64,000 bases of DNA from a virus. The notes under the pieces were generated by a model. The model searched no databases. It was not told where the DNA came from and was given only the letters and a program-made list of their open reading frames with translations. The DNA lies in IMG/VR virus record IMGVR_UViG_3300016466_000859, positions 66,948 to 130,947 of that record; one strand, 5' to 3'. A program made the translations under genes and the position numbers. This document shows, in pieces, positions 1 to 9,186 of the stretch. Numbering within the stretch: position 1 is the stretch's first letter; each line of letters opens with the position of its first letter.

Positions 1-1023
1 CTCTACCGAATGTGCGTGCCCGGCACGAAACACCTCGCTGGCATAATCCACATAATCTTGTGCCACTGGATATTCATAGAGAGGTATTTCGTAGTGTATG
101 CGTGTTTCAATGCCCAGTGACTTTAGATGATTCCTAATACCATTACGCTCGGCAGTTCTTATCACGTATTTGTGCCATGCACTTGTTGTTTCGCGATCGG
201 GTAATATAGGATCTACCCATTCCATCAATTCTTGCGTGTAAAATTCAGCAATCTCTTTTCTGCGCTTTTGCCAGGCATCAAAATATTTTAGTTTGACGAT
301 CAGCTGTGCGCATTCAATTTCGCTCATTTTAGAATTGGTTCCGGTGGAATAGTATTCACTGGCCTTGCCATTGTTTTTGATGTCTAACAGTCTGGTGTAC
401 ATGTCAGAGTCATCGGTAAGTATCATTCCTCCTGAACCATAGGCCGGCAGATTTTTAGTGGGATCAAAACTCAGCACACTGATGTCTCCCATTTTTCCGG
501 ACGGAATACCATTCCTAGAAGCACCAAAGCTCTGTGCGGCATCTTCAATGATGGGTATGTGCTCATTAAAGAATGAGGTTTCTAATCTCAGTTTATCGTA
601 ATCAACACAATTACCGAAGATATTCACATACATGACTCCACCGACTCCGGTGCCTTTGAGTGCATAGTCCAGGCTTTCGAAGTCTAGTAGTGCGCGGTCA
701 TCGACATCGCAGAATCTGGGTTCGTTGTTGGCCATGAACACAGAGTTAAGAGTGGCCACAAAACTCACAGTGGGAATCAGTATTCGAGTTTGATTTAACC
801 CCAAAGCCATTTGAGCAAATATCAAAGCTTGGCTACAGGAGTTCACTGTTACGGCAAATCGCCTTTCGCAACGCAAGGCGATGGCTCGTTCAAATTTTTC
901 TGTGTAAGGTCCGTCGAGAACCTGGCCCGAACTCCAGACTCGATCTGCTACATCTAAAAGTTCTTCTCGGAGATTGTTATACTGTCTTTGAAGACCAGTA
1001 AACAGAATTCTTGAGCCACTCAT
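1..1023 (-). CDS. DegT/DnrJ/EryC1/StrS PLP-dependent sugar aminotransferase (3' end runs off the window edge; not in ORF track)
   Basis: Manual translation from ATG at 1023: MSGSRILFTGLQRQYNNLREE...VNSCSQAL...IEDAAQSFG...SFDPTKNL (PLP-lysine motif); frame open to position 1. Confidence 0.85.
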   Translation of the reverse strand, partial: MSGSRILFTGLQRQYNNLREELLDVADRVWSSGQVLDGPYTEKFERAIALRCERRFAVTVNSCSQALIFAQMALGLNQTRILIPTVSFVATLNSVFMANNEPRFCDVDDRALLDFESLDYALKGTGVGGVMYVNIFGNCVDYDKLRLETSFFNEHIPIIEDAAQSFGASRNGIPSGKMGDISVLSFDPTKNLPAYGSGGMILTDDSDMYTRLLDIKNNGKASEYYSTGTNSKMSEIECAQLIVKLKYFDAWQKRRKEIAEFYTQELMEWVDPILPDRETTSAWHKYVIRTAERNGIRNHLKSLGIETRIHYEIPLYEYPVAQDYVDYASEVFRAGHAHSVE

Positions 1024-1945
1024 AGTATCTCTGGAATCCTTCCTCAATGTCTACTTTGGGATCAAACCCAAAATCTCTGCGAGCTGCATCAATACAGAGT
1101 GCGCCTCTGCTGGGAAAATCTGCATCTTTGTCTCGCACTTCTACCTGGCCTTGGCCCGCGATTTTTACCGCTAGATTGGCCGCATCTAAAAGACTCCATG
1201 AATGACTTTTGGTGATGTTGTAGATTTTGTTTTTCACGGTAGGGCTTAATGCGGCGGCCACGATTCCGTCTGCGGCGTCGCCTACATAAGTGAAATCCAA
1301 TGTTTCTGCGGCGCCGTTGACCTTGAGTGTTCCGCCACGCATGGCGGTAAGCAGGAACTTGGATATTACTCGATCTTCCACATCTAATTCACCGTATACC
1401 GCAGAAGGGCGTATGATCACGTGATCAAAAAAGCCGCGGCGAGTGTAATCACGCACCAGCCATTCGCCGGCCAGTTTCATAATACCGTATTGCCCTTGTG
1501 GCCGGCACGGGGCATCTTCCTGCACGTTATCTGTGAAGTCACCATAGACCATGCTAGACGAGATATAGATAAATCTACCTACATTGTGTTTCTTAGCGGC
1601 CTCCAAAAGATTTAGCAGACCTTCGCTCATAGCTCGACTGCCGATCATGGGATTTACATTGACCACTTTCTGTCTGGGAAAGCTGGCCAGATGTATGATC
1701 ATTTCTGGTTGGTAATAGCGCATCATCCAGTCGATGCCATCGGCATCTGCGATATCGATACGATGTATTCGGTCCGTGTTGATTTTTTTCATGCGTTCCG
1801 CAACAAGATAATCCAGCTCAGACTGCGGCACGAGACCATAGTTGGTACGGGTGTCGGTGACAGAAATTTCATGATTTTGGCACTCCAGTCTCTGGACTAC
1901 ATTGTGTCCGATCAATCCCAATCCGCCTGTTACTAATATTTTCAT
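977..1945 (-). CDS. NAD-dependent epimerase/dehydratase (extended SDR)
   Basis: N-terminal TGGLGLIG Rossmann motif, ISSSMVYG, YGIMK (YxxxK). Confidence 0.9.
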   Translation of the reverse strand: MKILVTGGLGLIGHNVVQRLECQNHEISVTDTRTNYGLVPQSELDYLVAERMKKINTDRIHRIDIADADGIDWMMRYYQPEMIIHLASFPRQKVVNVNPMIGSRAMSEGLLNLLEAAKKHNVGRFIYISSSMVYGDFTDNVQEDAPCRPQGQYGIMKLAGEWLVRDYTRRGFFDHVIIRPSAVYGELDVEDRVISKFLLTAMRGGTLKVNGAAETLDFTYVGDAADGIVAAALSPTVKNKIYNITKSHSWSLLDAANLAVKIAGQGQVEVRDKDADFPSRGALCIDAARRDFGFDPKVDIEEGFQRYYEWLKNSVYWSSKTV

Positions 1946-2853
1946 ACCGCCATCCTTGCTTTTATTGGTTCGTGGCTTTGATAGTCAACTAATTTTATGT
2001 CTTCCATAGTAAATTTGCCAATGTCTGTGATATCGGGATTGAGCCAAAGTTGTGGGGCAGGCAAGGGTTCACGTGCCAATTGTTCTTTTACCTGCTCTAT
2101 ATGATCTAGGTATATGTGTGCGTCACCGAGTACATGAACAAACTCCCCTACACCCAGACCGCACACTTGAGCTATCATATGAGTCAGCGTGCTGTAGCTC
2201 GCGATGTTAAAGGGTACACCAAGAAACATATCACAACTTCTCTGATACATCTGGCAAGATAATTTTTTATCTTTGCCGACATAAAATTGCGCAAACATGT
2301 GACACGGCGGGAGTGCCATTTCATCGAGTTCTCCGGGGTTCCAAGCGGTGATCACATGTCTACGACCAAACGGATCGTTCTTTAATCCATCAATGAGGTT
2401 TTTTAATTGATCAGTTTCTTTGATGTGTACTGAACCGTGCCGATTATAAAGTGTGCCAAACTCGTCTTTGAATGTTTCTGCTTTGTGGGAGATCGGCGTA
2501 CGCCATTTACGCCATTGCACACCGTAGACTCGACCTAGATCGCCCTCATACTGGGCCTTTGACTTCCAATACGGAGCCATGGCGTTTGGAGTCCAGATGG
2601 TGACGACACCATCTCGTGTACCATGTGTGATTTCGGCCAACCTGCGCTCGTCACCGCTGCCTTCGATCATCCACAGCAGTTCTCCCAGCATGCTTTTCCA
2701 TGCTAGTTTTTTAGTGGTCACCGCTGGGAAATTTTTTGCCAGATCGTATCTTTGCTGTAGCCCAAATAAACTGATCGTTCCAACTCCGGTGCGGTCATCT
2801 CTGACCTCACCTTCATTCAATACTTGTGAGAGGGCGTTTAAATATGTTTTCAT
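1942..2853 (-). CDS. thyA: Thymidylate synthase
   Basis: DRTGVGT, MALPPCH catalytic Cys, YQRSCDMFLGVPFNIASY, DAHIY. Confidence 0.97.
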   Translation of the reverse strand: MKTYLNALSQVLNEGEVRDDRTGVGTISLFGLQQRYDLAKNFPAVTTKKLAWKSMLGELLWMIEGSGDERRLAEITHGTRDGVVTIWTPNAMAPYWKSKAQYEGDLGRVYGVQWRKWRTPISHKAETFKDEFGTLYNRHGSVHIKETDQLKNLIDGLKNDPFGRRHVITAWNPGELDEMALPPCHMFAQFYVGKDKKLSCQMYQRSCDMFLGVPFNIASYSTLTHMIAQVCGLGVGEFVHVLGDAHIYLDHIEQVKEQLAREPLPAPQLWLNPDITDIGKFTMEDIKLVDYQSHEPIKARMAV

Positions 2854-3331
2854 ATTTTAGAAAACTGCAAGAAAAATCAGGACTGGTATCACAGCGTTTG
2901 ACCTGGAAACCCGATAAAAATTCTTTGACCTGTATCCTCACATCGGCTCGATATTGACCTTTAAATGTGGTAAGATAGGCATAGTCTAGATATGGTTGTG
3001 CAGACATTATCACATCGGGCCCGCCTAAAACAAATATATGCTGATTGGGATGAGATCGTTGTATCGTTGATAGAACTGATGGGATCTCTCCATTGACCGG
3101 TCTTCCGTATATGGGAAGATTGTTTGGGCGATTGGTCAGCACATAACAGATACGACCCGACAGGGGTTTTGGGAACTTGGGATCATCCCAAGTTTTTCTT
3201 CCCATGACCACCACATGTCCCATGGTGAGATCTTGGAATCGTTTCATATCATGTTTGTTATGAGGCCAGGGCAATGTACCACCATTGCCCATGGCTCCGT
3301 TTATGTCGGTAGCGAATATGGCATTAATCAT
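2813..3331 (-). CDS. folA: Dihydrofolate reductase
   Basis: GAMGNGGTLPW, VVMGRKTW, PLSGR, FVLGG; directly upstream of thyA. Confidence 0.93.
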   Translation of the reverse strand: MINAIFATDINGAMGNGGTLPWPHNKHDMKRFQDLTMGHVVVMGRKTWDDPKFPKPLSGRICYVLTNRPNNLPIYGRPVNGEIPSVLSTIQRSHPNQHIFVLGGPDVIMSAQPYLDYAYLTTFKGQYRADVRIQVKEFLSGFQVKRCDTSPDFSCSFLKYENIFKRPLTSIE

Positions 3332-3335
3332 ATAA

Positions 3336-3677
3336 TCAGAGGTTTTTTAATATTCGATCAGTGACTGGTTGCACAGTCTTGGCCACTTTTTCAACACTGA
3401 TCATGAAGTCAACATCTTCAATGATGTCGTCTAATGTCTCGAGTTTTTCGTTTATGGTTCTTTCTAGGAACTCGGGATCATTGCCTTCGGAGATCAATTG
3501 TTCGATGTCAAGGGTTATCTCTGTGCCGTCAGACAAGTTGATCTTGATAAAGTCGATGCAATGCAAGGGTACTTCTTGTTTCTCTACGTCCTTGATTATG
3601 CGTTCCCATATCTGTTTGCGTGTGATATTAAGACGCGACTGTTTGCTTTTTCGTTGTTTTTTTGGATTTGGGGGCAT
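3336..3677 (-). CDS. Hypothetical phage protein
   Basis: ORF in the gene-dense minus-strand run; start chosen at MPPNPKK (uncertain). Confidence 0.65.
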   Translation of the reverse strand: MPPNPKKQRKSKQSRLNITRKQIWERIIKDVEKQEVPLHCIDFIKINLSDGTEITLDIEQLISEGNDPEFLERTINEKLETLDDIIEDVDFMISVEKVAKTVQPVTDRILKNL

Positions 3678-4215
3678 TTTGTGGAGCAAGCGTGTTCGCT
3701 TCTTTTTCGAGTCTTTCTGCTTCGGCGATGAGTCTCTTTGCTTCAAGTTTCATCTTAGTGGCTTGGTCCAAACGTTGTTTGGCGAGGTCAGTGTCATTTA
3801 AAACCTGTCCTTGGTCGTTTTGCGGTACGACCGGATCTCCGAGATCTCTCCCCATGGGCTCGCCAGATTTGATCTGTTTTATCAAAGAGTTGAGTTTGTC
3901 GAGCTTGATGTCTTCGTTGGAATTTGATGTTGGGGTTACAGTAACAGTATTGGTGGCCACACGAGTTAAAAATCCTCCCACGTGCAGGCTAGACAAAATA
4001 CTAGTTCCGTCAGCCATTATGGTTCGGAATAGCACTTCATTGAGTTCGTTGCTGGACTGCCCTACATCACTTTCGAGGCACTTCATCATTTCATCGTGCA
4101 ACAGCGACGGCAACGAATTGGGGTAAGTGATCAATGCATGATCGTCGTCTCCGGGCAATTGCCTAAAGACTATGACAACCTTTTGGTTACTGTGTTTTCC
4201 TACGTGTTTTAACAT
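3628..4215 (-). CDS. Hypothetical phage protein (C-terminal coiled coil)
   Basis: GGAG SD before ATG 4215 (MLKHVGKH). Confidence 0.75.
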   Translation of the reverse strand: MLKHVGKHSNQKVVIVFRQLPGDDDHALITYPNSLPSLLHDEMMKCLESDVGQSSNELNEVLFRTIMADGTSILSSLHVGGFLTRVATNTVTVTPTSNSNEDIKLDKLNSLIKQIKSGEPMGRDLGDPVVPQNDQGQVLNDTDLAKQRLDQATKMKLEAKRLIAEAERLEKEANTLAPQNAPKSKKTTKKQTVAS

Positions 4216-4459
4216 TTGATTTCTCCTTGGGTGCTTGATCATCGTTTGATGTTTGCGGGGTTGGTTGGTTTTCGGTGGAAGCCTTGATCACACCTGATGC
4301 TTCTAGGAAAGCTCGTAGTCGGTCGTGCAGTCCGCCGACATTGGCCATTTCGTCGGCTCGTATAGCTCCACGTTGAGACACAACTTGTATGATTTGGAAC
4401 ATCAAGAGTAGGTCTTGTACACCAAGACTTGGCCCTTGTGATTGAACATTTTCTTGCAT
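4187..4459 (-). CDS. Hypothetical phage protein
   Basis: GGAG SD; TAAATA box at 4491-4496. Confidence 0.7.
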   Translation of the reverse strand: MQENVQSQGPSLGVQDLLLMFQIIQVVSQRGAIRADEMANVGGLHDRLRAFLEASGVIKASTENQPTPQTSNDDQAPKEKSNVKTRRKTQ

Positions 4460-4530
4460 TGATTTCTCCAGCAGATTTAAAATATATAGATATTTAATGC
4501 CTTGGAAAAGGCCAAGGTATTTTTTTTAAG

Positions 4531-4830
4531 CTACCAATCGTGCCGATTAGAGTTGACTGTATCTAGAACGAGTGCAAAAAAACTAGCTTCTCCGGGAGAT
4601 TCAAATGCCGCTACTTTGGAAAAGCCGATTTTTCCATCTGTGTTTTGATGATACATGTCTCCGAAATAAAATCTACTGCTAGAGTTGGTATAAATCCAAT
4701 CCAATATAACTTTTTCGTTGACTCTGAGATCAAACGTCACAGGAGAAAAATGCGGAGGGCAATGGTGCAATCTCCGCAATCCAAAAACTTCTAAGGGATT
4801 TATCTCACGATTTGCCAGAGACATTGTCAA
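4531..4830 (-). CDS. Hypothetical phage protein
   Basis: ORF fills the gap in the minus-strand operon. Confidence 0.65.
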   Translation of the reverse strand: MTMSLANREINPLEVFGLRRLHHCPPHFSPVTFDLRVNEKVILDWIYTNSSSRFYFGDMYHQNTDGKIGFSKVAAFESPGEASFFALVLDTVNSNRHDW

Positions 4831-5128
4831 CGATGGTCAGTTTAAAATCACTGTTGGTTGGCTGTTCGATGACTATTTTGTTCACCATCAACTCTTCGGC
4901 TCTCGATCTAAAACCTTCTACCAAATCAAATTGCCGAGAAATAGTGGCAATTTCGACTGCCCGAGCAAGATCCTCTAGTGCCGTTTCTAAAACCATGATA
5001 CGCTGTACAGCAGAATCTAAATCCTCGGGAGCGTTTAAGAACTTGGGCGCAGGAAGCTGGATACCATCCAGCTTGTCGAGGATTTCTTTGGTGGTTGTTT
5101 CGTCTAGTATCGGCTGTGGGGTGGTCAT
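4805..5128 (-). CDS. Hypothetical phage protein
   Basis: ORF in operon. Confidence 0.65.
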   Translation of the reverse strand: MTTPQPILDETTTKEILDKLDGIQLPAPKFLNAPEDLDSAVQRIMVLETALEDLARAVEIATISRQFDLVEGFRSRAEELMVNKIVIEQPTNSDFKLTIVDNVSGKS

Positions 5129-5137
5129 AGATTTAGT

Positions 5138-6001
5138 TTACTTGAAAGAATTGAAAAAGTCTAGACTACGTTGCATCGAATCTTTGGTCACTTGTTCATG
5201 ATATCGATATGTGTGAGAACTTCCATTGGGTGCTACTTTTAAGAAACCGTCCATCCCTTTACAGTCCCAACAATGGGTGGCTCCGGGGTAAACATGCCAG
5301 TCAACCTTGACCTTCTTTTCGATGATCTGTAAGGTAGGAACGCATCGGTCAGCGGGCGTCTCGGGATCATCGGCTCCCATGAGCCAGATTACTGGAATGT
5401 TAGTATCGTTGAATAGATAATTTCCGCCTCTTCCGTAATCGCAGCCACCGTATAGACCTCCCACTGCTCTGGGCCGCAATCGTCCATTGGCCACTTGTTT
5501 ATAGACATCCTGGCTAGCGGCTAGACCTCCTACCATGGTTCCTAAACTAAACCCAAACGTAAAGATTCGATTTTTATCTACACCAGGCATTTTGCTGAGA
5601 TGCTCCACAGCATCATAGAGATCCTTGACTAGGCGTCCTTCGGCTACAGTTCGATTACGAGAACCCGAACAATTTTTTCCGGCACTCCTGGGTTGATAAT
5701 GATCGACCACCAAAACAGTATATCCGGCGTCAACGAATACCTTAGTCCAGATTTTTAAATCATCTTCGCTTCTGGCATGTATTCCAGAACAGGCTGGTAA
5801 TAGTACCATTCCTGGTCCGGGCTCTTGGGTTTTTTTTGAAGGTAAAAAAACAGAATTACGGATCGATTTTGATGAGTCAAAAGCAACAGCCGCATTGGCA
5901 AATTTTAAATCTTCACCAATGGTAGCTTCACGACCATAAAAGGCCTGTGCTGAAAGTGATGCAACCAGCCCTAGTCCAAAAACCAATGATTTGATTTTCA
6001 T
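5138..6001 (-). CDS. Secreted alpha/beta hydrolase, dienelactone-hydrolase-like
   Basis: Signal peptide MKIKSLVFGLGLVASLSAQA; nucleophile elbow GFSLG; GADD; YPGATHCWD. Confidence 0.8.
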   Translation of the reverse strand: MKIKSLVFGLGLVASLSAQAFYGREATIGEDLKFANAAVAFDSSKSIRNSVFLPSKKTQEPGPGMVLLPACSGIHARSEDDLKIWTKVFVDAGYTVLVVDHYQPRSAGKNCSGSRNRTVAEGRLVKDLYDAVEHLSKMPGVDKNRIFTFGFSLGTMVGGLAASQDVYKQVANGRLRPRAVGGLYGGCDYGRGGNYLFNDTNIPVIWLMGADDPETPADRCVPTLQIIEKKVKVDWHVYPGATHCWDCKGMDGFLKVAPNGSSHTYRYHEQVTKDSMQRSLDFFNSFK

Positions 6002-7251
6002 TTTTTTGCTGCCTCTTCGTAGTGAGCCCAAATACCAAAGGGCGGTTCACAGCCGGGATTGCCTTTGATGATCCAGACAGTATCGCAGTATAACTCATCT
6101 CCCCATGATCCAAACGGGAAACCGTCGGTGAACATAATGAACTTTTTAGGTTCGATGCCTTGCTCTTTCATAAAGGCCCAATTGGCTTCAAAGTCCGTGC
6201 CACCGCCGCCCTGTGGCTCATAGGCCATGATGTCTTCCAAATTGTCGGAAGTAAACACCTGCGGATTATAGACTTCGGTGTCGAAACTCCACACATGGAT
6301 GCGATACTCGTCATAACTGTCCATGATGCCTTTGATCTCGGTCAGGAACGCACGGATGTCTTCGTTGCCAATGGATCCCGAGGTGTCGATACCGATACAG
6401 ACATCGATGGTCTCACCGGGTTTCATGCCAGGCAGGATGGCATCTTGATGCCATCCTTTACGACTGGGCCGAGCAAAAGTAAAATCTGATTTGATTGTAG
6501 AGATGATTTGTTGCTCCAAGAGCTCTTTCCAACCAATCACCGGAGCAGTGAGATCTTTAATCAGGCGTTTGACGCCGCTGGGAACATTACCGGCTCCGCA
6601 AGCCTGTGCGGCTTGAAGAACAGCCTGTTTGATTTCGTCTCGGATCTCTTTCTTTTCTTCATCACTGAGTTTTGGACGGCCGCCTTTGCCGTCTTTGTCG
6701 CTGTCGTTACCGTCACCCTTGCCATCGAGGTGTTCGTCTAATACTTGTTGCACCAGCTCGTCAATGCTGATTTTATCCGCGTCAGCCATTAATGCATCGT
6801 AGACTTCTTCGGCACTCATGCCACGATATTTGCTGTCGTAAAGTATGGGCACTACAGTGATGCGCTCACCTACTCGTTGTTCTAACAAGTCAGCGTTGAC
6901 ACAATAATCGTCGGCGATGTTCCAAATTTTAGGATCACGATCGCCGCGGCGTCCCATATGGTCATAGACGGCATGGAGAACTTCGTGACCAAATAAGAAT
7001 TCGGTTTGCTTGAGCGGAAGGCTCTTGATGAATTCGGAATTGTAATAAAACCTACGTCCGTCGGTGGCAGCAGTGGGACACCAGTCGTCGGCATTGACGA
7101 GATTCATGCGGGTGGCTAGGTTGCCGAAAAAAGGACTACGAAGCAAAAGTCCAACTCGCGCCGTGATTAATTTTTCACGAGCTTCTGCATCCACTCGAGG
7201 ATTGGTAGTGGTCTGGCTCTTGGATCGTTCTGCTAAGGTGGTATCGCTCAT
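5998..7251 (-). CDS. Metallopeptidase-like + VWA domain protein (DUF2201-type)
   Basis: TAATDG, HEVLH (HExxH), acidic linker, DTSGS MIDAS motif, GGGTDF, FTDG. Confidence 0.85.
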   Translation of the reverse strand: MSDTTLAERSKSQTTTNPRVDAEAREKLITARVGLLLRSPFFGNLATRMNLVNADDWCPTAATDGRRFYYNSEFIKSLPLKQTEFLFGHEVLHAVYDHMGRRGDRDPKIWNIADDYCVNADLLEQRVGERITVVPILYDSKYRGMSAEEVYDALMADADKISIDELVQQVLDEHLDGKGDGNDSDKDGKGGRPKLSDEEKKEIRDEIKQAVLQAAQACGAGNVPSGVKRLIKDLTAPVIGWKELLEQQIISTIKSDFTFARPSRKGWHQDAILPGMKPGETIDVCIGIDTSGSIGNEDIRAFLTEIKGIMDSYDEYRIHVWSFDTEVYNPQVFTSDNLEDIMAYEPQGGGGTDFEANWAFMKEQGIEPKKFIMFTDGFPFGSWGDELYCDTVWIIKGNPGCEPPFGIWAHYEEAAKK

Positions 7252-7277
7252 CGAATGCTCCTTACTGTATATCTTAT

Positions 7278-7306
7278 ATTATACGAGAACGGGAATTATC
7301 GGTCAA
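7278..7306 (-). promoter_or_regulatory. Sigma70-like early promoter
   Basis: TTGACC-17 nt-TATAAT upstream of the VWA gene. Confidence 0.8.
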
Positions 7307-7313
7307 TTGGACG

Positions 7314-7351
7314 AAAAACGGGGGACTTATGCGCCCTGATGCGCGGCCCCC
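7314..7351 (-). terminator. Probable intrinsic terminator after the AAA gene
   Basis: GGGGGC...GTCCCCC stem with inner GCGC/GCGC hairpin, followed by GTTTTT on minus strand. Confidence 0.45.
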
Positions 7352-7371
7352 GAGCCCGTGACGGCTAGACT

Positions 7372-8475
7372 TTACTTACCGCTCGCGGCAATGATATACT
7401 TGCCGAATCGCTGATGAAACTCGTCGAAGCTTTTCATCTTGCCAGGCACCATGGGTAGATTGTAAGTGGTTAGAGCCACTCGCGCACCCATGACCACCAG
7501 CTCGGTGGTAAAGTTATCCATCATGAACCGCAGGAAGTTGTCGGCTTGAGCGTGCCAATCGGCAATTTTGCCGTTGCCGAGTTTTTTATGTTGCTCCTGA
7601 AGCTCATAGCACATGGAAACTGTCAACGAGTACATGGCACTGACTTCTTTGATTTTGAGCTCTTTGACTTTACCGGCTAAAACTTCTTCAGGATTGGGCA
7701 TCTGACTCGACACTTTGCGGTGAGCCATGAACTTGACTGCCAGACCCTCGCCCACGGTACCGGCGATTAGATCAGTGAGTTCGGCATCGCTGGTTTCGTC
7801 ATCGTCGAGAAAATCTGACACGAAACTCCATGAGCGCGGAGTAGCAAAACTACGACTGGCTGAACGCGGATCAAAATCCATGAGGTCCTGCTTGGCAAAG
7901 CTCAAATAACCAACCACGTCCTTGTGGACCTTTTTGTTGACAGCCCATTGTTGCCAGCTGTCAAAGTCGGATCGCACTTCTAAGTGAACGAAACGGTTGG
8001 CCAGTGGGGTGGGCATGCGATAAGAGATACCTTTGTCGCTTTCACGATTACCTGCAGCCACCACTACTACATTGTCGGGCAGGATATACTTGCCTACTCG
8101 ACGGTTAAGAATCAACTGGAAGGCAGCACCTTGCACAGCAGGCACGGCCTGGTTCATCTCGTCTAGGAACAGCACGATGATGGGATATTGTTCAGCCATC
8201 TCTCGGGTAGGCAAGTCGATGGGAGGAGCCCAATCCATGAGACCGGTGTCCTTGTTGAAGAATGGGATACCACGAATGTCAGTGGGCTCCATCTGACCCA
8301 AACGCAGGTCGATCATCAAGCCACCCATTTCGGAAGTGAGATCGGCGATTAGTTCACTCTTGCCGATTCCGGGAGGACCCCAGAGGAAAACAGGACGCTT
8401 CTTCTTAAAGCATCGAAGCACACGGCTTCGGGCTTCACTGGGGGTAACAGTACGATTTTCACTTACACTCATCAC
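7372..8475 (-). CDS. MoxR-like AAA+ ATPase
   Basis: Walker A GPPGIGKS, Walker B LFLDEMN, AAGNR, PLANRF; paired with a VWA gene. Confidence 0.88.
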   Translation of the reverse strand: MMSVSENRTVTPSEARSRVLRCFKKKRPVFLWGPPGIGKSELIADLTSEMGGLMIDLRLGQMEPTDIRGIPFFNKDTGLMDWAPPIDLPTREMAEQYPIIVLFLDEMNQAVPAVQGAAFQLILNRRVGKYILPDNVVVVAAGNRESDKGISYRMPTPLANRFVHLEVRSDFDSWQQWAVNKKVHKDVVGYLSFAKQDLMDFDPRSASRSFATPRSWSFVSDFLDDDETSDAELTDLIAGTVGEGLAVKFMAHRKVSSQMPNPEEVLAGKVKELKIKEVSAMYSLTVSMCYELQEQHKKLGNGKIADWHAQADNFLRFMMDNFTTELVVMGARVALTTYNLPMVPGKMKSFDEFHQRFGKYIIAASGK

Positions 8476-8512
8476 GGGTTCCTTAAAAAGTTCGTTGTTT
8501 CAGGGTATAACT

Positions 8513-8541
8513 ATTGTAAGACATCAGTGATTTCAGGTCAA
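8513..8541 (-). promoter_or_regulatory. Sigma70-like early promoter
   Basis: TTGACC-17 nt-TACAAT. Confidence 0.75.
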
Positions 8542-8620
8542 CCACGGCACCCTACTAGAAAGAGCCCCAGCGAAGTATCCAGGCGAATTGCAGGACCTAG
8601 TGGCCGGGGATTTCTAAGAT

Positions 8621-8887
8621 CTAACAGAATTCGTAAAATTTCACGTTGGGATCAATGCTCTTGAGTTGTTGAGCACAACGGGTTAACATACGATACTTCT
8701 GCTGGACCACTGAGCTAGGTAATTCGCCATCGCAGGTCAAGTTCTCTGGGCTCAGTGAGCAGTCGATGTCATCGGCGATCTGCTGTCGGTCCTGGGTATT
8801 GAGCAGGCTCAGTGGCTTCTGCTTGAATAGGGCACGGATCTGATTACGCTGTTCCACATACTGCTCTAATGTCTTGATGTTCATCAT
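8621..8887 (-). CDS. Hypothetical early protein
   Basis: AAGGAG SD, own promoter. Confidence 0.75.
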   Translation of the reverse strand: MMNIKTLEQYVEQRNQIRALFKQKPLSLLNTQDRQQIADDIDCSLSPENLTCDGELPSSVVQQKYRMLTRCAQQLKSIDPNVKFYEFC

Positions 8888-8914
8888 CGCTCCTTTTATT
8901 TACTGTATGAAATA

Positions 8915-8943
8915 ATTATAGCAAAACGGGAATTTTGGGTCAA
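8915..8943 (-). promoter_or_regulatory. Sigma70-like early promoter
   Basis: TTGACC-17 nt-TATAAT. Confidence 0.8.
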
Positions 8944-8990
8944 CCACCCAAAAACATGGTGTTTTTGGTGTTGTTTTTTCGCAACATTCA

Positions 8991-9158
8991 TTAATTCAGC
9001 ATGGTAGCGAACATGACCAGGAATTTCCAGGCCGAAGTCACGCAAACCACCGCTAGTCCAAATATAAAGCCCACAACAGCGGTCACGGTATTGGGGAAAA
9101 AATACAGCAGAGATCCCACGATCACGGCCCATGTTCCAAAGTAACCTATAGCATACAT
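8991..9158 (-). CDS. Small two-TM membrane protein (55 aa)
   Basis: AAAGGA SD; MYAIGYFGTWAVIVGSLLYFF..., hydrophobic. Confidence 0.6.
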   Translation of the reverse strand: MYAIGYFGTWAVIVGSLLYFFPNTVTAVVGFIFGLAVVCVTSAWKFLVMFATMLN

Positions 9159-9186
9159 GGTATTTCCTTTGAGATAATATACCCAT

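Noticed and set aside
7320-7370. Plus-strand GCGG-CCCCCGAGC-CCGU, also twister-like
   Set aside because: Wrong strand for local transcription and too short for P1/P2; better explained as a minus-strand terminator
8545-8620. Resemblance to a twister ribozyme P4/L4 core (CUAG-GUCC...GC-CUGG-AUA, downstream AGGG)
   Set aside because: The conserved 5' UAA and a P1 helix cannot be formed; kept only as a generic structured element
8896-9186. 96-aa minus-strand ORF from the track
   Set aside because: Overlaps promoter elements; the alternative frame 8991-9158 has an SD and a coherent membrane-protein sequence
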